A stretch of 64,000 bases of DNA, from contig JBPGPT010000002.1 in NCBI GenBank assembly GCA_051047955.1, positions 744,001 through 808,000 on the forward strand. Reading direction: 5' to 3'. Under the pieces are notes generated by a model, which saw only the letters and a program-made list of their open reading frames with translations, was not told the DNA's origin and made no database searches. Shown here one piece after another: positions 13,748 to 27,241 of the stretch (within the stretch, counting starts at the first letter, position 1; each line of letters starts with the position of its first letter). Both the position numbers and the translations under genes were made by a program. The DNA is from Cystobasidiomycetes sp. EMM_F5 (Eukaryota).

Positions 13748-14609
13748 ATGGCCCCCGTCACAGCTATATCCGCAGCACCAGTCGTGTGGTCTCGCGCAGA
13801 GCTCGAAGAATTTCAAGCGACCACTCCAGCGACGGGGCATTTCGACCATCCTCCAGTCCTGCACCACCTCGAGCGAGGCGCCCGTATATCGTTGCTGCCC
13901 AATGCAGTCGCAGACTTTGACGCCGACAAGGCTCCGGTCGGTGACATCTATGTGACTGAAGGGTAGGCGGGCTTCTGAGTGATGCAATTGTGTAATTCTA
14001 CGACTGACGATGGAGTATGTCGCACGATGAAGCTCACTGTGCTTCTTTGATCCATCAACGTCGACCGGATTCAGCGTGCCGTATCCCACCATCTCTCTAC
14101 ACGCCATTTCCAGACAGCCAGTGACTGCCTCTTCATCGGTCTCTGCTGCACATCCCGTCCCGACTCCAGTCGCAATATCGCAGACAAACGGAGACGGCAC
14201 GACAAACGGTCACGAGAGCGCTCCCTCATTTACCGAACAAGTCTGCGTATACTGCCAACTCGACGAAAATGAGGGAGCAGACTATGACGAAATGGCAGAG
14301 GATGACCTGATAGAGACAAAGGAGTTATCCATCTTTCCGTCAACTCCAGAAGCAGCTCAGGCAATCTACTCTGCGCTCTCAAAATGTGCTGCTCTGCACC
14401 CCTCGACCGATAGCGGACCAAATCCGTCTGGACTAGGTGCATTTGCAGACTCTATGGACGACGATGAAGATGACGAAGACTTTGCGGATCTGTTAAGACA
14501 GAGTGATGAACAAGACGGCCAAGAAGACAGGATGGATCCCAACTTCACCCCGGCAGGAAGGGTAAGGCCAGACTTCCAGACTCCCAACTCGCGTTTCAAT
14601 CCATACTAG
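13748..14609 (+). CDS. pICln/Lot5-like (Voldacs domain) protein; intron 13963-14032
   Basis: GDIYVTEG|SLCFFD..TGFSVPYPTISLHAISR, CVYCQL, AIYSALSKCAALHP, acidic tail. Confidence 0.85.
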
Positions 14610-15032
14610 TCAGCACTAGCAGTCATAGTGCATTTGTTGATTCCGAGCAGCATCTCACGTCCTCATGAATGCATGCACTCTCATACTCTTGAGAATGTCA
14701 AGAACGCAAAGATCCATCTTGCAGAGCATCCGTATATGGTCTCATTAGTGTGCTCTGCGCAGCCTTGGCTAACGCAGCTCATTCTTTCTTGTCTTTGGCA
14801 GGCTCAGCTGGCTCGCCTGGAAAGCCTCATTACATACAGTCAGCCCCAGAATGGACGAACCATCCGCGAACAGACGGCAGATGCAGATGAAACGAATGAG
14901 CAGCCGGACATATCCAGTAGCAAGCGCAAAAGATAAATGAACAAGCTAAATAGCGTGATATTATGAGACGCGCATATCTAAATACGCTCAAGCTCTGCTT
15001 CCAGGGCAGGACATCCTGCGACAATGTAGAAA

Positions 15033-18000
15033 CTAGCCTTTACTCATAGATGCGGCCGCAAACAGCTTCAATAGATCAGATTGTTGTTGGCTCACGCCTG
15101 CGCTACTTGGTTGAGGCGGAGTCGGCTGTACCGGCAACGCAGCATGTTGCGAGGCCGGTGGAACGCCATTACCGCGCAGTATGTCATTTAAGGATTGGAT
15201 ATGCCGCTGCTTGTCCACTCCAGGTAGTTGCGCTGCTGTCATACTGTCTTGCTGGACCAGACTGTCAAATTCGCGCCGCCGTGATCCGTCTGCAAAGTCA
15301 GGCGGGTGTATTGACTCTGATGCTTGTTGCCTAATTTGAGCAGGAATGTGTTCTCGTGTATCTTGAGTACGAGAGGAGCCAATTGTGGCGGCATTGAAAA
15401 GAGATAGCAACGCCGCCTTTTCATCGCTGAGGGGTGGCGATTGTACGCCAGGTGCTTGCGGTACATAGGTAGCACGCGAGGGCGAGGCGTAGGACGCGGG
15501 AGGAGACTTTACCGATTGCTGGGGCATTTGCGTATGCAGCGGATGCGTTTGTGAGGGAGGATTGGCTGGTTTTGTGGTCAGAAGGCCGAGAAGCTGCTGA
15601 GCGTGCTGGTTTGGAGCGGGAGGTAGGATATGGGGATGCCTTGAAGATTCTGCTTCATTAATATTGGCAATTTGTCTATCTTGCGCATGCGGAGCGTATG
15701 GCGAGCTGAAAGCTGCAGGATGGCCATTGGCGGCGTGTCCGTGATCGTCTCGCGTCTCAGTCTGTCGAGGAGGACCTGCGTTAAGTAGCTGCCGTATTTG
15801 CTCTCGAGATTGTGGATGCATAGAAGGTTGACGAGAGTCGGTGGACGAGTCCGGCGTGTTTTGAAGTAAGCTATTTTGTAACATCGCTTGTTGGGCTAGC
15901 TTTACAGCGTGCTTTTGTGCCAGTTGCTGTACGACAGCGTTTGTCATTGAAAGCTCTTCGAATTGACGACCTGAGCCGCCCGCTTGCTGCTCGAGCTTAA
16001 AGATATCCACCAGCTCCTGCACATTGGTCGCGCCTCTCTCGAAATGAGCTGCGGAATCTTCGTCTTCCGTATTTACAAAGTCTTCCTCATCACTTCCTTC
16101 AGGCGATGGAGGCGTGGGTCCTGTTCCTAATTGCGATGCAAGATTCGCCAGAATATCTCGTCTGGCTTCCTCCCGTTCATCTTCGGTAAATGGTTCAATG
16201 ACGGGTTGAGATACGGGTTGGAAAATTGGCACAGAGCTCTGCGAAGATCCCCCATGACTATACTGGAGTGAGGAATACGGCATTGGTGACACATTTTCCG
16301 ACAGCATACCAAAGCGAGGTGTTTGGTCCAAGACAGTTGACGATGCCATCGTAGTCGTGCCGTTGGACAGAGGTAGATGGGTGGCAGCGGCTGTATTTGT
16401 ATGCTGCTGTAGTTGCGGCTGTTGTACCTGATGCAGCAGGGTGGTTTGGAGTGCACTCTGCTGGAGCATGCGAAGTAAGGAATCCCTTTCAGAGGGAGGA
16501 TACGACGGCTTGGGCGATGCGAGGGGCAACTGATTTTGGCTCGGCGGGGACACTGGTATTTCGGGAGGTGTAAATCTGTCATGTTGTTTGGCCTTTGGCG
16601 ATTTGACAGCCGCGGTCGTCGTAGGCTCGAACGTCGAGGATCGCGCTTTTGATTTGGGTGATGAAGCAGCACCAAAGAAAAGGGCTTGTAGCGCTTCTGA
16701 TTGTCGTTCAAGGTGTTGCGCTTCTTCTACCTGAGCTTGTAGCTCTTCTTGCGGATGCTCGGCCAGCTCATCTTCGTATGCTTCGTTATACGTTCCAAGC
16801 GGCTCATCTGGCTCATCGGGTTGCCATGGCTGTAGCATTCTCATTCCAGAGGATGGACCTGGCTGGTCTTGTGCTGCCTGCTGCTTGCCATTCTTCCGCG
16901 CGGCTTTTTGCACACCGCGACCGGGTTTGCGCGAATTATACCAGGATTTTAATTGCCTAAATAAATAAATCATCAGCACATGCGCCAAGGTAGGTGAAGG
17001 TGACTCACGGCACAAAACTAGCAACCAAATAGCCCTTCAGTTCGTCTTTGGCTTTACTTTTCTTGTTCCATGTTGGCAATGTAGTCAAGTCAGCCCATGT
17101 TATTTTCTGCGGCCTCTTCGTCAGCATTTGTGAGTGAGATACGGTGGTCTAAGCTCATACGGCAATTTCTCCCCTCGTTTTGGTTTCAAAGGCCGTAGAT
17201 ACCGGGACGCCAGGAATGATGTACAGCCGTATTCGCTTGCTTGAAACTTCTCTCTCGATAAATTGCACATGCGGATATACTTGCTCGACCAATGGCGGCG
17301 GCGGCGCGTGCGAGTTGAAGGGCTGATGCGCTCGTGAAGGATCGAAGTATGGCGAAATATCGTATCCAACCTCCTCCCACACCTAATTTCAGTAAAGACA
17401 GATACGTTAGACGACATGAGAATTTTCGTCTAGCATAAGGCGATGTCGACGCACTTCTCGAATAGCGCAATCCATCTCTGTTTCTGCCTGATTAATCTTT
17501 CCTTGCGGAAATCCCCAATTACTACTCTTCATCCCCTTGACGACTAGGCAGCTTTTCCAATCTTCCGATACGAGTATGGCACCGCACACTGGTACCGAAA
17601 GCTTGTACTTCAAGAAGCTGTCATACGCTTGCCTTTTGGCAAAGTGTCTGGAGTGGGTGGCCGATAGGCAAATAGACGACGTTGACATTGTCAACCAGGA
17701 GGTGATGCCAGCGCACAAGGAGTTAGTGTGAGGATCTTCGATGGAAGAGGGTCTACATACGCTAGTAAGGGTACCGAATTGAAGACGAGTTCTGAGAATG
17801 CGCGCATGTGGAAAGTTGGTAGATGAGCATTGTGCGGGCGTATAAAGTCTTCGTAAAACCAATGCGCTGCTTCGATTTGGAAGCAGACCCGCTGGACTTC
17901 TGTCAGTTCCTCTGGCGGCATGTTGACGATGAACCGGCTGCACGAAGGCACAAGCGCAATAGTGGACGCAAACATGCATCAGATTCAGCAAGAGCACTGC

Positions 18001-18087
18001 AACACTCGATGCTCCATCGATATACCTGGACAGATCTTCCAGGACTTGCTCCAAAGTGAGGCTTCCGAAACTTGAATCGGTTGCCAT
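15033..18087 (-). CDS. DCP2: mRNA decapping enzyme catalytic subunit Dcp2, multi-exon
   Basis: Box A LEDLS|SRFIVNMPPEEL...RVCFQIEAAHWFYEDF. Nudix box GKINQAETEMDCAIRE|VWEEVG. FETKTRGEI. Long disordered C-terminus. Confidence 0.95.
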
Positions 18088-18636
18088 CGTTGGCCTCCCA
18101 GCTTGGGCGCTGCCTGCACGTTGTATTCCGACCAAGCGATCCGCACTATCAAAGATGCAAGCGTATCGAGCAGCGTTTCAGACTATGATGGCCAGGTTTG
18201 CCAGCGGCAGTATCAGAATTTGGTTGGCCTGCAGTTCCCGGTCAGACAGTTGTCTAGAATGGCCTGCCAAGGTGTCGAAATACGTTGATCGAGAGGTGTT
18301 CAAGAGCAGCGCGATAGCTTCGACAATACCGTAGCAAGGCTTTTGGAAAGCGAACAACGGTGCATCTCGCAAGACAATCCTGGCCGAAACCGTCAGACGC
18401 GTCCGTTTCAAGTCCGTCAGACATTTCTCCGCAGAAATAAACGGAACGGCTTGAGAGGCATCGCCGCATATTCCGAATATTTGTTACAACGTTGCGCGGA
18501 CGTTCATGACACTGTGCACTGTCTCGCGAGGGGCCCCAAGCGATCGTGTACTTGAAAGCGGCATTAGACTTATGCCTCATCGTCATCCCGCATCTGTGCT
18601 GCCTCCGCTTGGATTTTGGGATTCTGCTCTTGGTTG

Positions 18637-21007
18637 TCACTCCCCTTCGACTTTGACGCCTTTGCCTTACTCTGCGGACCCCAATTGGCCGTCGGATTAG
18701 TCTGATATTTCACAATCTTTATATTCATGAGCATCTTTTTTTCTACGTCTGGATGATGACTGAGATCGACTTCGTGACTGTGCTCAACAACCGATAAACA
18801 TGTTAGCGCTCAATGCGACAAACAGGAATTTTGAACAGCTACCCACGTCTGCGATCTGTCGAGAAGCGCCTTTGCGGGACTTCCATCCTTGACGTTGCCC
18901 ATTTTTATGGGGTTCGCCTTAATCCATTCCCTTATAATGTCGTACACGAACGAGGTAGGCGCGCTCGTTTTGATTGTGCCTGGCTGAGCGTGAGAGCGCG
19001 AGACTGCATGTCCAGCGTTAAGGAGGGCGGAAGCGACAGTGAGTAATGGCGGGCAGGTAGCGTGGAAGAGCGATGCAGTCTTGGATGGGTTGTAGTAGAA
19101 TAGATCGGTGAGTTCCTGACAACAAGTAAATAAGCAAAAGTCAATCCGCCAAAGTCCCAATTGCCGGCAGCAAAGGATCACGCACATTCCGAGCCAACGT
19201 GAGCATGCCCCTCATACGTGTACTAGTACCGTACGCGTCCTCGTCGGAGTCGACGTGCTGCAGGATACGATCAACGTACGCTTCGTCGTGTAATTTGCCA
19301 ATCCACATTGGGCCGCCAAGATGGAGTGTCCCTCCGCAGTGATCACAGTGTTGTCCAACAGGCGGACCAGCTGCAAGTCCATAATTTGTATGCGACTTGC
19401 CAGTACTCTGATTGATCTTCTCCGTTATCCTACCCAGAGGCTGGACATACGTCGCTTTGCAGCCATGACAGACAAAGACATGGCCAGTCTGCGACGCGAG
19501 ACGCTTGACCTGCTCTGGCCGCGTCTGAATACGCACAAACACACGAAGATAGTAGTCGATGGAGAGAGAAAGTAGTGGCTCGATGTATCGTCCATACCGA
19601 GCGGCACTTGTAGCGATGGTATGCAAAACGAGCCGAAGAGCCACTTCGTGCGTAAACTCTGCTTTGACAGGCAGGCCGCCGTAGTTTGAGAAGCTATTGT
19701 GTGATAAAATCAGTCCTATTCGTCGATAAACGAAGGTGAAGCCGACAGACCACTTTTCCGGGTAATTTGTACCAGCTAAGACTGCCAAATCAGTACACGT
19801 AACGCAGAGCAGGCCTGCACGAGAAAAGAAACTCTTCAGAATAAGACACTTAAGGGCGACTTAGACATGACCGTACCACCATCAGTGACAGCTTGAACAG
19901 CACCATCGATGAACGGCGCAGCAGTACCGTATGGATCCAGATCGACGACATCGAATCGCTCCTTTTCGGAACGGTGCGAGTAGAGTACAGCCATACAGTC
20001 TCCTCGACTGACGCGGACTTTACTATCGGTGGATGGAGAGATACGCTGTTTGCCTTTTCCGTTTGCAGATTGAATCGGTGCTTTATCGGTGGATGAGGCA
20101 ATGTCTTCCGTGTTGGCACTCGTCGACGCACCAGAGGATTTGTGCGACACAGCGTCGCGAGTCGCGCTGCCTCCTAGACCATTGAACTCTACATTCAATG
20201 CAATATTGTCTGCTGCTGCTGAGGACAGGTCGTTTGCCTGTACCCATCTGATGTAAATATTTGGATGAGATGGAGTGGAATACTGAATCTGATGCGCCCG
20301 TCACTCACTTTAGCAGAGGGATCTCCTTTGCATACCGGATCGAGCGTAGCCCAGTTGCAGACAAGCCTTCAAAGAGGGTAAACTTGTGGGATCTGTAGGC
20401 GGAAGTGGATGAGAAGACTGGTGCAGTGTCTGCGGACCGTTTGGATGAGGGTTCATTATCATCCGCAATGACCGTGTCTGCTAGAGAATCCTGAGACATG
20501 GATATATCCAAATTTCACGTCAGACGTCAATATCAGCGAGGATGTCTAAACTAGACGCACTTGACTGGCAGACTCTGCCGTACTAACACTTCCACTCGGA
20601 TCCTGCTCCAGTCTCCGCTTCTTGCTCGGCTTCGACGACGCATGCTCACTGTCCGGCCTGCTCTTCCTCGCAGCCTGCTTCTGCTCCCACTGCTCCCGCT
20701 TCACGGCGTCGACCATCTCTGACCACGCGCGTATCGCTGCAATAGACACGTCTCTGTTGAACTCCTGGATTGGATTCACAAACACATTCTGATGCTTGTC
20801 CTTGTCTGGGATGCTCGTCGATGACCCGTCTGGCACCAGGATTCCAGCCCGTCCTTCTACATGCACCCTGTAGCCCGCTGGAGCTGGCGGAAATGATTGC
20901 TCGTCCATACTGACTGGCATGGATGAGTGCTGCTGCTGCTGCTGCATCGTCGTGAGCAGTCGCAGGCTTCGAACGATGGTGACCTTGCAGCGGGAGCTTT
21001 GGAGCAT
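18637..21007 (-). CDS. TRM1: tRNA (guanine26-N2,N2)-dimethyltransferase, multi-exon
   Basis: VFVNPIQEFNRDVSI, EGLSATGLRSIRYAKE, FDVVDLDPYGTAAPFIDGAVQ, HEVALRLVL, CDHCGG..LGGPMWIG. Confidence 0.95.
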
Positions 21008-21276
21008 CCGCTGGTCCTCAAGCCAGCTGCAGCGCCATCAAGGCTGCGTTGTTGCCGTAGACTAGCTCGTTGTATAATGCTCGCAAGCAAGAGTCAAATA
21101 CTCAAATGATTATTATTCTTTTTCTCCGCCTGCGACTCCGAGAATTTATCGCCAATCTTTTGAGCCTTGCCCGCTCGTCAACTCTGCCAAAGGTGCTCAG
21201 CGGTTACTCTGCAGATTGACATTACAATCCGACACTCGTTGACCAGCCCAACACCTGCCAGACTATTACAACAACC

Positions 21277-23388
21277 ATGTTTTCCCTGTCGGCTGGCCGG
21301 ATTGCCGTGAGTGGGAATTTGGGCAGCAGTCTGGTTGAGCGACAGAGTGGTCGCAGTTGGAAAGCTTCAGAAGCTGATACGCTCGCTTTATCGACCACGC
21401 AGACCCGCTCATTCGCGAGAAGCAGCGCACCCGCCGTCGTCGGTGCCCGCTATGCTTCAAACAAGGTCAGCCAAGTTTGCGAGATGGATTGCACAGTTGC
21501 CAGCTCGGCTGACGATGACGATTATTGACCGCGCTGATTCACTTAATGGCGTAAACTACTTCCCCACCCAGTCCGTCATGGACGTGCTGGCCGAGATTAT
21601 CCCAGAGCGACAGGAGATGGCAAAGAAGCTGAGGTCTGAGCACGGCAACAAGGTCATTGGCGACATCAAGATTGACAATGTCTTTGGAGGAATGCGAGGT
21701 CTCAAAGTCATGCTGTGGGACAACTCGGTCCTCGACTCGGAAGAGGGTATCCGCTTCTGGGGAAGAAGTATCCCAGAGTGCCAGGAGGTCCTCCCCAAAG
21801 CTCCCGGCGGAAAGCAGATGCTTCCAGAGTCTATGCTCTTCTACTTGCGTACGTTTGCAGTCTAGGGGTCAATCAGCACGAATGTGGTCATTTGACTTTG
21901 TATTCTCCAGTCACCGGCAAAGTCCCATCCCAACAGCAGGCAGACGACCTCGTCAAGGACATGGCTCAGCGTGCAAAGATTCCCGCTTCCCTCGAAAAGG
22001 TCATCGATTCCTTCCGTAGGTCAAGCATCGGCTGTTCATACTCTGCTCGAGCCTAACATCGTGCTGCCTCTAGCAAAGAGCCTTCACCCAATGACCCAAT
22101 TCGTTGCCGCAGTAGCATGCTTGAAGTGAGTTTATCCACATTGTGACTTGAGGACATTCTCTGACATCGCTCCGGCGTCACGTCGACAGCGAAAACTCGA
22201 AATTCGCAGCCGCCTACACTGCCGGCATGAAGAAGTCTGAGTACTGGAAGCCGACCGCCGAAGATGTGCTGAACCTATCTGCCCAAGTCGTGCCTATCGC
22301 TGCTCGTATCTACCGCAACAAGTACAAGGGCGGTGCTGCCGATATGCCAGCATGGGACGAGTCGAAGGACCTTTCGGCAAATTACGCAAACCAGATTGGT
22401 CTTGGCGATAACCAGGGTTTCATTGAGGTTATCCGTCTCTACAATGCTCTGCACAGTAGGTTGCAATGCTAGCCAATCTTTGACCATTCAGTCTGTGCAT
22501 GTCTGATGTGCTTGATCGCCCCTGCCTTCACAGCCGATCACGAAGGAGGCAATGTATCCGCCCACACAACTCACCTTGTCGGCTCTGCCCTCTCTGATCC
22601 ATTCCTGGCGTACTCTGCCGGTCTAGCCGGTCTTGCGGGCCCTCTGCACGGCCTCGCAAACCAGGAAGTGCTCCGCTTCATCCTCGACATGCAAAAGCAG
22701 GTCGGCGACAACCCTACCAAGGACCAAGTCAAAGACTACACGTGGTCGGTCCTCAAGTCTGGTCGTGTCGTGCCAGGATACGGACACGCTGTACTCCGTA
22801 AACCAGACCCGAGATTCATGGCCCTCCAGCAGTTTGCTGCAAATGACCCAGAGGTCTCGCAGAGCCCCGTCTTCAAGCTCGTCAATGCAGTCAGTAGAGC
22901 AACGCAGTGTCGCTGCTGGAGATCCAGACTGACCGTGCTTGCGATTCGATAGCTGTACGAGGTTGCTCCAGGTGTCCTGACTGAGCACGGCAAGACCAAG
23001 AATCCCGTGAGTCTACCCTGAGTTAGGATTTGAGGCAGTCTGACATAACATTCATTCTTGCAGTTCCCGAATGTCGATGCCGCCTCTGGTATGCTTCTAT
23101 ACCACTACGGTCTGAAGGAGTTTGAATACTACAGTGGGTAACAGAACAGTATCATGGCACAACGTGGGCTGAGCACTAACTCTACTCCCTCAGCTGTCAT
23201 CTTCGGCATTTCGCGGGCCATGTGTGCCGCCTCGATGGTCCACAGCCGTGCTCTCGGCCTGCCAATTGAGGTGGGTGGCGTTGACACAAGTCATTTGTTA
23301 CAAAGTCACTAATGTTATGTCTCAAAATCTAAAGCGACCAAAGTCCATGTCGATGGAGGGACTGCTCAAGCTCGTTGGCGGCAAGTAG
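21277..23388 (+). CDS. Mitochondrial citrate synthase family enzyme, methylcitrate-synthase-like, multi-exon
   Basis: [74 protein letters not shown]. Arg/Ser-rich presequence. Confidence 0.93.
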
Positions 23389-23671
23389 AGTAGGTTTGAA
23401 TCGTAGAAAACTGGCTGTTTCGTGCATAGAAACCGAGTCGTGGCAATGAGTTTTGATTACATGACGTATCCAATGCAAGTAATGCAATCAATCAGTCTCT
23501 GCGTTTGCCTTTGCAATTCTCCGCATTCTCCCCTTCCAGGTACCGCTCGAATCCGCGAGAATGTTGTCACGTGTTCTGGAAAGTTCCCCTTTGCGGCCTG
23601 TCTTGAAGGATGTACAGAGGAGGACTGGCTGCTCGCTCCCAGTTTGCAGACCAACACAGCGATAAAGCACA

Positions 23672-25093
23672 ATGGGCAAGGACTACTAGTGGGCACTCTG
23701 CATTTTATATGCAGGCTGGGTATCGCTGACGTCGGTGTTGGACATCTTGCAGCTCTATCCTAGGCGTAGACAAGTCGGCAACAGAGGATGCTATAAAGAA
23801 GGCATACAAGAAGCTCGCGTTAAAGGTGGGTGTCGTGGTTGTGAGGGTTGCAAGACATTGGCTGATTTGGGCTGGCTCAATAGCATCATCCTGACAGAAA
23901 TCCAGACAATCAGGAAGCAGCGAGCAAGAAGTTCAAGGAAGTCAGCGAAGGTGAGTACTTGTACTATCATTGAATGCACTCCCTAAGACGTCTCGTCTAC
24001 AGCCGTCGAGGTTCTGACCGACAAGAACAAGCGAGCTATATACGACCAATATGGCGAAGAAGGGCTAAAGGGCGGTCCACCTCCGGGTCCTGGAGGAGCT
24101 GGAGGCAATCCGTTTGCGGGCTTCACTTCAGGAGGTGGAGGTGGGGGGATGCCAGCTGGGTTCAGCAGCTTCAGCTTTGGCGGACCCGGTGGAGCAGGAG
24201 GGTTCACAGCGTCAGATCCCAACGACATCTTTGCGAGCATCTTCCAGTCAATGGGCGGGATGGGCGGGATGGGCGTAATGGGAGGTATGGGAGGTATGGG
24301 CGGTATGGGCGGTAGTGCTCGACCAGGAGGAGCGAGATCTGCATTCACTTCTTCAGGAGGGATGCCAGGCGGAATGGGAGGAATGGGAATGGACATGGAT
24401 GACGATGATGGATTCGCTGGCTTTACGTCTGGCATGCGAGGCCAGAACGGAGCAGGCAGACCAGGCCCATCTCGCCGGGGTCAGTCTCAGCGACAAGCTG
24501 GCCCACCTCCTCCGCCAACAGAACTCGTCAAACCTCTGCCCCTCACACTTGAAGATTTGTACACCGGAACGACAAAGAAGCTAAAATTGACACGCAAACT
24601 TGTCGACGGCGGATCGGACGAGAAGGTAGTGACAATCAACGTCAAGCCGGGCTGGAAAGCGGGGACAAAAATCCGGTTTGCCGAATCTGGCAATGAAGAG
24701 TACAAGGACGGCCATGTCGTTTCCCAGACAATTGTCTTTGTCGTGGAAGAAAAGCCGCATACCCATTTCAAGAGGGAAGGGGATAACCTCGTTTATACGC
24801 AAAAAGTCTCGCTGGCAGACGCACTCACGGGCCCAGCAGAAAACTCTGCATCATCTATCCTTCCCAACAAATCAGTCAAATCGCTAGATGGACGGCTCGT
24901 CAATTTCAAATTACCATATCCTAGTCCGACCTCCGGCGGGAAACCGCTCAGCCCGGGACAGGAGATTGTGGTACCAAACGAAGGAATGCCATCGAAAACG
25001 GGCAAGGGAAACCTCATCGTGCGACTCGAAATCATTTTCCCAGATCGGATACAAGCAAATAAGGTGACGGCGCTGCGGGCGGCGTTGACATGA
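23672..25093 (+). CDS. SIS1: Type II DnaJ co-chaperone Sis1-like, multi-exon
   Basis: MGKDYY..KKAYKKLALK|HHPDRNPD, G/F and GGM-rich regions, LPLTLEDLYTG, VKPGWKAGTKIRF. No zinc finger. Confidence 0.88.
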
Positions 25094-25360
25094 AAGTATT
25101 TGCAGTATTAAGTCGTATACGGGTAACACTCGTGCACTCTTATCAGTATCATGAGTATAGTGTAGTATTGTAGCATTAGATACCTGGACACTTGTGCAGG
25201 ACGCTGCCCCTGTTGTAGAAAACAAAGATGCCTGCTTTTCTTGCTTGATGCGTAATTTTGAGCCGTTATCTCAGAAGCAGCCGTCATGACCATTCTTGTC
25301 ACCAATCTACAGCTTTCTCTCACAACATTTTGGCTTGTTTTAGCCCACTACTACTCTCCA

Positions 25361-26195
25361 CTAGAACTCCTCTTTGCGGTACAACAGGTTTGCTCGCTCT
25401 GCCGCTTCGATAGATGCTTTATCTGTGCTAGGACTAGTGCCTGCCATGAATCCACCAGTCTTGAATGGTCTTTTCAGGTCTTCCGCACCTTCTTGACCCC
25501 GCAAATGCAGTCGAACAATCTGCGTGCCGGACAGATTTAGCCTACTGAGACTCAGTGTGAAAAACGACTGTGTGAAGTACTGACGTTTGCGCGGATAAGC
25601 GAGAACCATACTGTCAAGCTTGAGACAAGAAGAGGTTGTGTAAACTTCAGGTATCTACATTTCTGCCAGTCAGCGATGTTGCTTATACGCTGCATTCAAA
25701 CGTAGACGAAGAGGCATACAGATGCATAAATCCAGTGATGGCAATTCCGGTAAATACGCCTCGCAGGGCTTTCGACACCTCGAGCAGGTCATAGTTGCGG
25801 ACGGTTGTTGTATATACTGCCGGTGGCTCCCCCGTCTGGCCCTAGACACAATTACCAGCATCAGGCTGAATACTCTGTGAATTTGCATTGCAGAAAGCTG
25901 AAGAACCTACTCCGAAAGGCTTGGGCTCTACGTACTTGAGCAGAGTCGTATCGTTCTTTCTCCGAACCTGTTCAATTGGCAAGCCGTCAGGGCGCAGTTC
26001 ACTTTTAATTTGGAAAGTTCAACGCGATACCTTTGCGGCAATGTACATGTACAAGCCGATGATGAAGAGTTGCACTGCTACGTAGAGTATCCGAATAGGC
26101 CAGAGTACGGAAGGCCTGTCGAGGTCTAGAAACTTGGAAGCCTGGCTCAGCCCTACGCCGAGACCGAGCGTGAGCAGCTGCGCATTCATAGCCAT
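25361..26195 (-). CDS. PHO88: Pho88/Snd3-family ER membrane protein, multi-exon
   Basis: IRILYVAVQL...RKNDTTLLKYVEP...TTVRNYD...GFMHL...DLKRPFK. Confidence 0.85.
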
Positions 26196-26397
26196 GTTTG
26201 CAGTATATGAGAGCTATGGCAGACTTGTCGGATATGGAGAAAAGCAAGCCTTACAGGTTAGCATGGCTGGAACCAGTTACCGCTATGATCGGGTAACGCG
26301 GACTCCGACTAACTGCGAGCATACGACAGGCTAGCGGGATAGCTTTACACCAGTTGCTATTCCCGCGTTCTGCACGACATTTGACCTCTCGCACAAC

Positions 26398-27094
26398 ATG
26401 TCGACAGCTGAATCACCAGTCCTGTGTTGCCGGTCATCCGAGTTGCAAGACAACACCGGTCAGACGGGCGGCATGAAGCGGATGGCAGCTTTCTCTGGTG
26501 TTAATGACAAGATATGTGCAAGCGGTAGATAGGAAATGCCTTCTTATTACAGCCAACTTGCTACTGACTTAGCTACTTCTGGCCTCCGTTAGTGATGACG
26601 GCAGCCCCGCATACGTCTTCAGATATACATCATCATGGCAAGCCTACCCTCATCTGAAATTAGTGGCTAAGATATCGCTTACCAGTCCTTTTCGCTCCAG
26701 GATCCTGCGAAACGGTAATCTATCACACAATAGTGTTCAAACGTCTCGCTCATCTTAAGCCTGCCAGGTAGTATATGCAGCTTCTGGCAAAGGATCCATC
26801 ACCTTTGGCCCGGACGGTTCAAAGCGTGTCGACCTGAACCCTGGAGACTTTGCGCTTATTCCGAGTTACACGCTTCAACAGGAAGTGAATGATGGGGACG
26901 AAGAGTAAGTGTTCAATGGATCTGACTGTCAGAACATAGCTTCAGTGGTTCTTACGCCTCGCAGGGTGACATGGATTATCACGCGAACAGGCAGCAAGCC
27001 AATTGTGGAGAATGTGTCATCGTGGGCAGACACGGTACAGAAACCGCAAGGGCAAGAGACAATCGAGGAGGAAAAGTTAGTGGACGACTTGTAG
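26398..27094 (+). CDS. Small RmlC-like cupin protein, multi-exon (one GC-AG intron, 14-nt microexon)
   Basis: GQTGGMKRMAA...APHTSSDIHHHG|SCET|VVYAASGKG...DLNPGDFALIPSY..QEVNDGDE|VTWIITRTGSKPIVENV. Confidence 0.82.
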
Positions 27095-27241
27095 GAAGCA
27101 TAGAAGTGGGCATCAGCAAGCATACGCGGCCATCAGGGCAGAAAGGCGGAGTATTGGAGACGACAAGTGACAAATTGCAGCAGGCTTGCTTTCGAATCCC
27201 AAGCATGGTTCCACAAACGGCATTGATAGCGTGACAAGCAT

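Noticed and set aside
24250..24400. GGCGGGATG-like tandem repeats
   Set aside because: Explained by the known G/M-rich region of Sis1-type proteins; not CRISPR-like.
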